Positions 52,171-56,900 of a stretch of DNA of 56,900 bases are shown here, piece by piece. How positions within the stretch are numbered: position 1 is the stretch's first letter; every line of letters begins with the position of its first letter. Origin of the DNA: a virus (Duplodnaviria > Caudoviricetes); IMG/VR virus record IMGVR_UViG_3300048597_000631, positions 1 through 56,900 of that record. The stretch is one strand, 5' to 3'. A program made the translations under genes and the position numbers. The notes under the pieces are model-generated. The model made no database searches, had not been told where the DNA came from, and worked only from the letters and a program-made list of their open reading frames with translations.

Positions 52171-52661
52171 TGAACAATCTGCCAATCAAGAACCGCACCA
52201 GCACGGTGCCGCCAGAGCGCACAGCAGCGCGCATTGAGGAGATGCTTGCAAGGGCCGGCGCCAGCGACATCCGCAAGCGCTACGAAGCCGGCGAGATGCG
52301 CGGCCTCGACTTCATCATCCCGACCGAACACGGCGAGATGTCGTTCAGGATGCCCGTCGACAGCGACGCCGCCTACCAGGTCCTCTATGACGAGCGACGC
52401 AAGCGCCGGCTCTCCACGACGCTCGCACAGCAAAAGTCCTTGCGCGAGCAGGCAAAGCGCACAGCCTGGAAGCTGGCGCAGGAGTGGATCGAGATACAGC
52501 TCGCAATGGTGGCCATGAAGCAGGCCGAGCTGGCGCAGGTGCTGCTGCCGTATGCGGTGCGCGGCGAGCAGACGTTCTTCCAGGCGTTCAAGCAGTCGGG
52601 CTACGCCGGCCTGCTGGCTGCGCCAAAGGATGACGCCGGCGATGTGGTTGATGCGGGGTAG
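52167..52661 (+). CDS. Conserved hypothetical phage protein
   Basis: 'QAKRTAWKLAQEW...LLPY' pattern. Confidence 0.65.
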   Translation: MMNNLPIKNRTSTVPPERTAARIEEMLARAGASDIRKRYEAGEMRGLDFIIPTEHGEMSFRMPVDSDAAYQVLYDERRKRRLSTTLAQQKSLREQAKRTAWKLAQEWIEIQLAMVAMKQAELAQVLLPYAVRGEQTFFQAFKQSGYAGLLAAPKDDAGDVVDAG

Positions 52662-52664
52662 GGC

Positions 52665-53300
52665 ATGTTGACAGTCGAACAAGCATTCGGCCAAGATGCG
52701 ATCTGGTGCCAACAGCAATGGATCGCGCATCACTATCTTCACTCGAAGATTGATCCACGATGCCGGCCCATCGCCTATATCGTCAAAGTCAATGGTGAGC
52801 GGCGCGGCGCGCTGGGCTTTGGCCGGCCAGAGTCCACCCGCTGCAATGGCTGGTATGGCGGTGTTGATGACGTGAAGGCCGGACGCGCCCGCCTCACGCG
52901 CTGGGAGATCATCAACCTCGCGCGCGTGTGGCTTGACCCGCGCATCCAGCCAGGCGGCGAGGAAGAGATTCACAACGCGGCCACGCAGGCAATCGGGCAG
53001 GCGCTGAAGCGTGTCGTGGTGGATTACCTCATCACGCACCCGCCGTGCTTCCTCGACGAGCCGTATGCGCTGCGTGAGTGCATCAGCTACTGCGACAGCA
53101 CGACGCATCGCGGCATTTTGTATCGGGCTGCCAACTTCCGGCTGATGCGCACCAACGAGCGTGGGCTGCAAACCTACATGCGCCCGCTGCGCGGGCTGCA
53201 GCCGCATGAGCACGCGGCCATTCGGCGCGCGTCGGAGTATGACGAGCGCGCCCGGCGATTCAGGGCACGCCAAATGCAGCCTGCATTGCTGGCTGTCTAG
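52665..53300 (+). CDS. Mom-like (GNAT-fold) DNA modification protein
   Basis: 'HYLHS','LARVWL','ISYCD...HRGILYRAANF' match the Mu Mom-family pattern. Confidence 0.65.
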   Translation: MLTVEQAFGQDAIWCQQQWIAHHYLHSKIDPRCRPIAYIVKVNGERRGALGFGRPESTRCNGWYGGVDDVKAGRARLTRWEIINLARVWLDPRIQPGGEEEIHNAATQAIGQALKRVVVDYLITHPPCFLDEPYALRECISYCDSTTHRGILYRAANFRLMRTNERGLQTYMRPLRGLQPHEHAAIRRASEYDERARRFRARQMQPALLAV

Positions 53301-53374
53301 ATTTGCTTAATTTAAGTCCAGTTAAAGGAAGCAATGAGCCTTACATTGTGATTGACGCAGTAAGGAAGTGTTCC

Positions 53375-53872
53375 ATGGAAGAAATCCAGTTTGATTACAA
53401 AGGCAAGACGCATGCCGTCGCAGTTGATGACGATGCACTAGAGACATTGAACAAGCATCAATGGTATGGGTTCGAATCGCCTGGTGGCTATCTTTATTGC
53501 GCACGATTCTCGGGCGACTTTTCCAATCCTGTTTGGTTTTTGCATTGGGACATTATGGGCAAGCCTGCGAAGGGGTATCACGTTGACCATAGAGACGGCA
53601 ACACACTAAATTGTCAGCGCGTCAACATGAGGATATGCACTCATCGCGAGAACCTGACAAACAGGAAGCGGCACAAAAACAACACGTCGGGATACAAGGG
53701 CGTAACACGCAACAAGGGCAAGTGGGGTGCACAGATAAAGTCCAACTATAAGTTGATTTGGTTGGGAACATTTGACGATCCAGTGTCTGCTGCATTGGCC
53801 TATGACAGAGCTGCACGTGAAATCTTTGGAGAGTTTGCGAATCTCAACTTTCCAGACGCGTCAAAGTCGTGA
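53375..53872 (+). CDS. HNH-AP2 homing endonuclease
   Basis: 'VDHRDGNTLNCQRVNMR' plus 'SGYKGV...LGTF...AALAYD.AA...FGEFA.LNF'; lower GC. Confidence 0.9.
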   Translation: MEEIQFDYKGKTHAVAVDDDALETLNKHQWYGFESPGGYLYCARFSGDFSNPVWFLHWDIMGKPAKGYHVDHRDGNTLNCQRVNMRICTHRENLTNRKRHKNNTSGYKGVTRNKGKWGAQIKSNYKLIWLGTFDDPVSAALAYDRAAREIFGEFANLNFPDASKS

Positions 53873-53892
53873 TCGTAAATTCAAGTTTGAGA

Positions 53893-54861
53893 ATGGAGAA
53901 ATCACCGATTGTTCAGAACCCCGCCGGCGCACCGGACACGACCACCGTGTCTGACTCAACGGCGCGTTATATCCGCGCCTCGCGTGCCTACAACACCCGC
54001 CGCGCTTACCAGTCCGATCTGCGCGACTTTCGCGAATGGTGTGAGGACAACAACCGTGCGCACTTCCCAGCGGTGCCAAAGACGGTTGCTGATTACCTTG
54101 CATACCTGGCTGATCAAGGCATGAAGGTCTCGACGATCGAGCGGCGCAACGTGGCCATCAGCGAGGCGCACAAGTCTGCCGGCGTGCCGAACCCGACCGC
54201 GACAGAGATCGTGCGCAAAGCCATGAGCGGCATTCGACGAGAACACGGCGCGCCCAGGCGCAAGGTGCGCGCCGTGACCGTGCGCGAGCTGCGCGCAATG
54301 TGTGAGGCCATGCCTGACACGCTCGCCGGCTATCGAGATCGCGCGATCCTTTGTGTGCAGTTCGCCGGCGCCATGCGCAGGTCTGAGCTGTCGAGCCTGA
54401 TCGTCGAGGATGTGGAGTGGGGTGTGGATGAGGTAGCGCTGACCATTCGACGCTCGAAGACCGACCAGGCCGGCGAGGGCATGCGCAAAGTGCTGCCGGC
54501 CTCAAGCGATCCAGCTATCTGCCCTGTGCGGCTGCTCAGGCGATGGCTGACCACCGCCGGTATTGACGACGGCGCGGTGTTTCGTGGGGTCGATCAGCAC
54601 GGCCACGTGGGCGCCGGCGCGCTGACGCCTGGCAACATCGCGCTGGTCTGGAAGCGCGCAGCCGAGCGGGTGGGGATTGCAGCAGATCGGGTGAGTGGCC
54701 ACAGCGCGCGGCGCGGCTTCATCACAGAAGCATTCAAGGCTGAGGTGGCCGAGGCGGACATTCAACAGGTCACTGGACACAAGTCCATCGCCGTCTTGCG
54801 CGACTACCGCGCCGATGCCGGCCAGGCACAGCGCAAGGCCGTGAACAAAGTGATGGGATAA
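53893..54861 (+). CDS. Cre-like tyrosine recombinase
   Basis: SAM-like 'NTRRAYQSD', 'RDRA...RRSEL','SKTDQ','GHSARRG','TGHKS...Y'. Confidence 0.9.
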   Translation: MEKSPIVQNPAGAPDTTTVSDSTARYIRASRAYNTRRAYQSDLRDFREWCEDNNRAHFPAVPKTVADYLAYLADQGMKVSTIERRNVAISEAHKSAGVPNPTATEIVRKAMSGIRREHGAPRRKVRAVTVRELRAMCEAMPDTLAGYRDRAILCVQFAGAMRRSELSSLIVEDVEWGVDEVALTIRRSKTDQAGEGMRKVLPASSDPAICPVRLLRRWLTTAGIDDGAVFRGVDQHGHVGAGALTPGNIALVWKRAAERVGIAADRVSGHSARRGFITEAFKAEVAEADIQQVTGHKSIAVLRDYRADAGQAQRKAVNKVMG

Positions 54862-54874
54862 AGCCCTTTCGGCG

Positions 54875-54909
54875 GTCGTGATTGATAAGCTTTTATTATC
54901 AATCGCGAC
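54875..54909. other. lox/dif-like recombination site
   Basis: 14-bp arms GTCGTGATTGATAA / TTATCAATCGCGAC (1 mismatch) around asymmetric 7-bp spacer GCTTTTA, 13 bp after the recombinase stop. Confidence 0.7.
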
Positions 54910-54967
54910 ACGCGGACGATTTTTAGACGATCAGGGCATTCCGATATAAGGAAACTTACATCGGAAT

Positions 54968-55171
54968 ATGGGAGAGCGAATGGCAGAAGAGATTTACATC
55001 GTGCGCGACCAGATCACGCCGGTGAACGAAGTGACAATCAAGCAGTTGATCGAAGAGAACATCAAGTTGCGCGCCGACATCTCGCGCATCGGCCACGAGC
55101 GCGACGACATGGCCAGAGCTGCGCAAGAACTTCAGGCGCGGCTGAGCCGGCTGGAGGATGACCGCAAATGA
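54968..55171 (+). CDS. Small coiled-coil protein
   Basis: Heptad pattern; coupled to the next ORF. Confidence 0.55.
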   Translation: MGERMAEEIYIVRDQITPVNEVTIKQLIEENIKLRADISRIGHERDDMARAAQELQARLSRLEDDRK

Positions 55172-55359
55172 CCGACAAGCGCAAACTCCCCCACCCTCGC
55201 CGGCCTGGCCGGCCCAAGCGCGCACCGAATGTTGCGCGGCTGCCAGTCGTCGCGCGCAAGCGCCTCGACACGTATCCACCGCGCGTGCAGCGCCTCCTGC
55301 GCGCCATCGCCGCCGCTGAAGCCCAGCGCCAGCCAGCACCACAGCCTGAGCCGGCATGA
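55168..55359 (+). CDS. Small basic protein (possible recombination directionality factor)
   Basis: ATGA overlap with the integrase. Confidence 0.45.
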   Translation: MTDKRKLPHPRRPGRPKRAPNVARLPVVARKRLDTYPPRVQRLLRAIAAAEAQRQPAPQPEPA

Positions 55360-56900
55360 CACGCATCGCCTTGTATCTTCGCTACTCTAGCGAGGAGCAG
55401 TCCGAGGGCTGGAGCTTGGAAGCGCAGGAGCGCGGCTGCCGGTCGTTCGTCGATGGCAAGGCCGGCTGGGCCATCACCGCGATTTACACCGACGAGGCGC
55501 GCAGCGGCAAGAGCACCGACCGTCCCGGCTTTCAGGATATGCTCAAAGCCGCGCACGCCGGCGCGTTCGATGTGCTGGTGTGCCACAAGCTCGACCGCTT
55601 CTCGCGCAACCTGGTCGACGTGCTGCTCACGCTCGACGATCTGCAGCGGCATGACGTGACCTTTGCCAGCGCCACTGAGCCAATTGACTTCACCACGCCG
55701 CTGGGCAAGGTCGTGCTCATCATTCTGGCGTTCTTCGCCGAGTGGTATCTGCAAAACCTCAGTGCCGAGACGACGAAGGGCAAGCGTGAGCGATTCCAGG
55801 CCGGCCTGTGGAATGGCGACCTGCGCTATGGCTACACCCGCGGGGACGACGGCAAGCCCCAACTCGCAGACGAATCGCGCCACGTGCTCACGGCCTACCA
55901 GCTTTGCGCCGCCGGCAAGAGCGACCAGCAGGTCGCAGACGCCATCAACGCCGCCGGCGCCCGCACGCTGCGACTGCGCACGAACAGCAAAAAGAAGGCG
56001 ACGGTCGACACGCCGATCGACGAGCGCCGGCCATGGACGAAAGACAGCGTTGGCGCGCTCTTCACGCCGGAGGCCGCCGCGTTCTACAGCGGCCACACCA
56101 CCTACATCGGCGAGGGCGAGCGCAAAAAGCGCAAGCGCGACCGGCGCATGGAGATCATCCACGACACCCACCCAGTCGTCATTGATGACGAGCTGGCGCG
56201 CAGCGCGCTGGCCGCCCGCGTCAAGCGGCGCAACCCGGGCCGGCTGGCCACCACCCCCCTGAAGCACGACTACATTTTCGGCGAGCGCGTGGCCGTGTGT
56301 AGCGTTTGCGGCAAGCCCATGCGCGCCTGGCACAGCACGACGAGCAAGCGCGCCTACTATCGCTGTGCAGCTGCCCAGCGCGGCGAAACCTGCGCGGCGC
56401 CGGCGCGCCCTGTGGCCGAGGACGTGCTTGTCGAAGCGATGCACGATTACATCGCCGACCTGGAATTGCCTGACGACTGGCGCGAGGCTGTGCGCGAGGT
56501 CAACGCGCTGGATGATGCGCGCCTGCAGGCGATGGAGGCGCGTGAGAAGCTGGCCGGTCAGCTCAGGCGCATCAACTACCAGATCAACGCCGGCATGGTG
56601 CTCGACGATGACCTGCCCAGCATGGAGCGCCGCGCGCGGGCGCTGAAGGAGCAGATTGAAAACATGGTGATCCCGGCGCCGGCGAAGACCGTGGAGAGCG
56701 GGGAGCGCATGGTGCGCCTGCGCCAGATCTGGCCGACGGCCAGCAAATACATTCGCCGCGAGATCGTGCAGGCCATCTGCGCGGCGGTGGTGGTGGACAC
56801 CGAGCGCCGGCGGATTGCTGGTATCAAGCCGCATCCGGAGTTCGTGCTACTATTCGAGTGCACGCGGCTTGAACGCGACGGCGACCTGTGGCGCATATGA
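55356..56900 (+). CDS. Large serine recombinase (integrase)
   Basis: 'YLRYSS..Q','SG...RPGF','LDRFSR', recombinase domain, Zn ribbon 'CSVCG...YYRC...C', coiled coil. Confidence 0.93.
   Translation: MTRIALYLRYSSEEQSEGWSLEAQERGCRSFVDGKAGWAITAIYTDEARSGKSTDRPGFQDMLKAAHAGAFDVLVCHKLDRFSRNLVDVLLTLDDLQRHDVTFASATEPIDFTTPLGKVVLIILAFFAEWYLQNLSAETTKGKRERFQAGLWNGDLRYGYTRGDDGKPQLADESRHVLTAYQLCAAGKSDQQVADAINAAGARTLRLRTNSKKKATVDTPIDERRPWTKDSVGALFTPEAAAFYSGHTTYIGEGERKKRKRDRRMEIIHDTHPVVIDDELARSALAARVKRRNPGRLATTPLKHDYIFGERVAVCSVCGKPMRAWHSTTSKRAYYRCAAAQRGETCAAPARPVAEDVLVEAMHDYIADLELPDDWREAVREVNALDDARLQAMEAREKLAGQLRRINYQINAGMVLDDDLPSMERRARALKEQIENMVIPAPAKTVESGERMVRLRQIWPTASKYIRREIVQAICAAVVVDTERRRIAGIKPHPEFVLLFECTRLERDGDLWRI

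Larger units (their letters stand above)
1..56900. mobile_element. Temperate siphovirus-like prophage / possible phage-plasmid (probable Chloroflexota host)
   Basis: Terminase, portal, capsid, tail and tape-measure genes, CI-like repressor, replication initiator and large serine recombinase in modular order; boundaries and att sites not visible. Confidence 0.93.

Noticed and set aside
55062-56834. 590-aa minus-strand ORF
   Set aside because: Antisense shadow of the serine integrase
1-56900. tRNA/rRNA genes, retron or other RT, attL/attR
   Set aside because: No cloverleaf or RT motifs recognised; the window ends at the integrase stop codon, so att sites cannot be evaluated

Overview
The window is a near-complete ~57-kb temperate tailed phage, probably trimmed to gene boundaries; no att sites are visible. 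The host is most likely a Chloroflexota bacterium (high GC, 'YLP(L/I)(I/V)' surface-protein motifs, an EAD7-like domain). From 337 to 31049 on the minus strand is the late region: tail fibre, tail tip, tape measure, a frameshifted tail chaperone, major tail protein, a T4 gp20-like portal, a single protease-scaffold-major-capsid polyprotein, terminase, putative fibre/decoration genes and holin-like genes. I recognise no endolysin. Next come a + strand three-gene moron (31.2-33.3 kb), a leftward early operon (RHH, iteron-containing wHTH initiator with a putative antisense RNA, LexA-like, LuxR-like), lysogeny cargo (lipoproteins, GHKL-ATPase/nuclease fusion, DUF3761-like protein) and a CI-like repressor. 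The long rightward early operon encodes a DdrB-like ssDNA protein, ParB-like, ParM/ParR-like, a membrane-protein cluster, ASCH, RuvB-like, Mom-like, HNH-AP2, a Cre-like tyrosine recombinase with an adjacent lox-like site, and a large serine recombinase. Three things stand out: (i) a dispersed promoter-leader-hairpin element with a parS/Noc-site-like 16-bp core in front of key late genes; (ii) a full plasmid-maintenance toolkit alongside an integrase; (iii) a membrane-anchored EAD7-like domain in the lysis position. All family calls come from motif recognition by eye; no database search was run.
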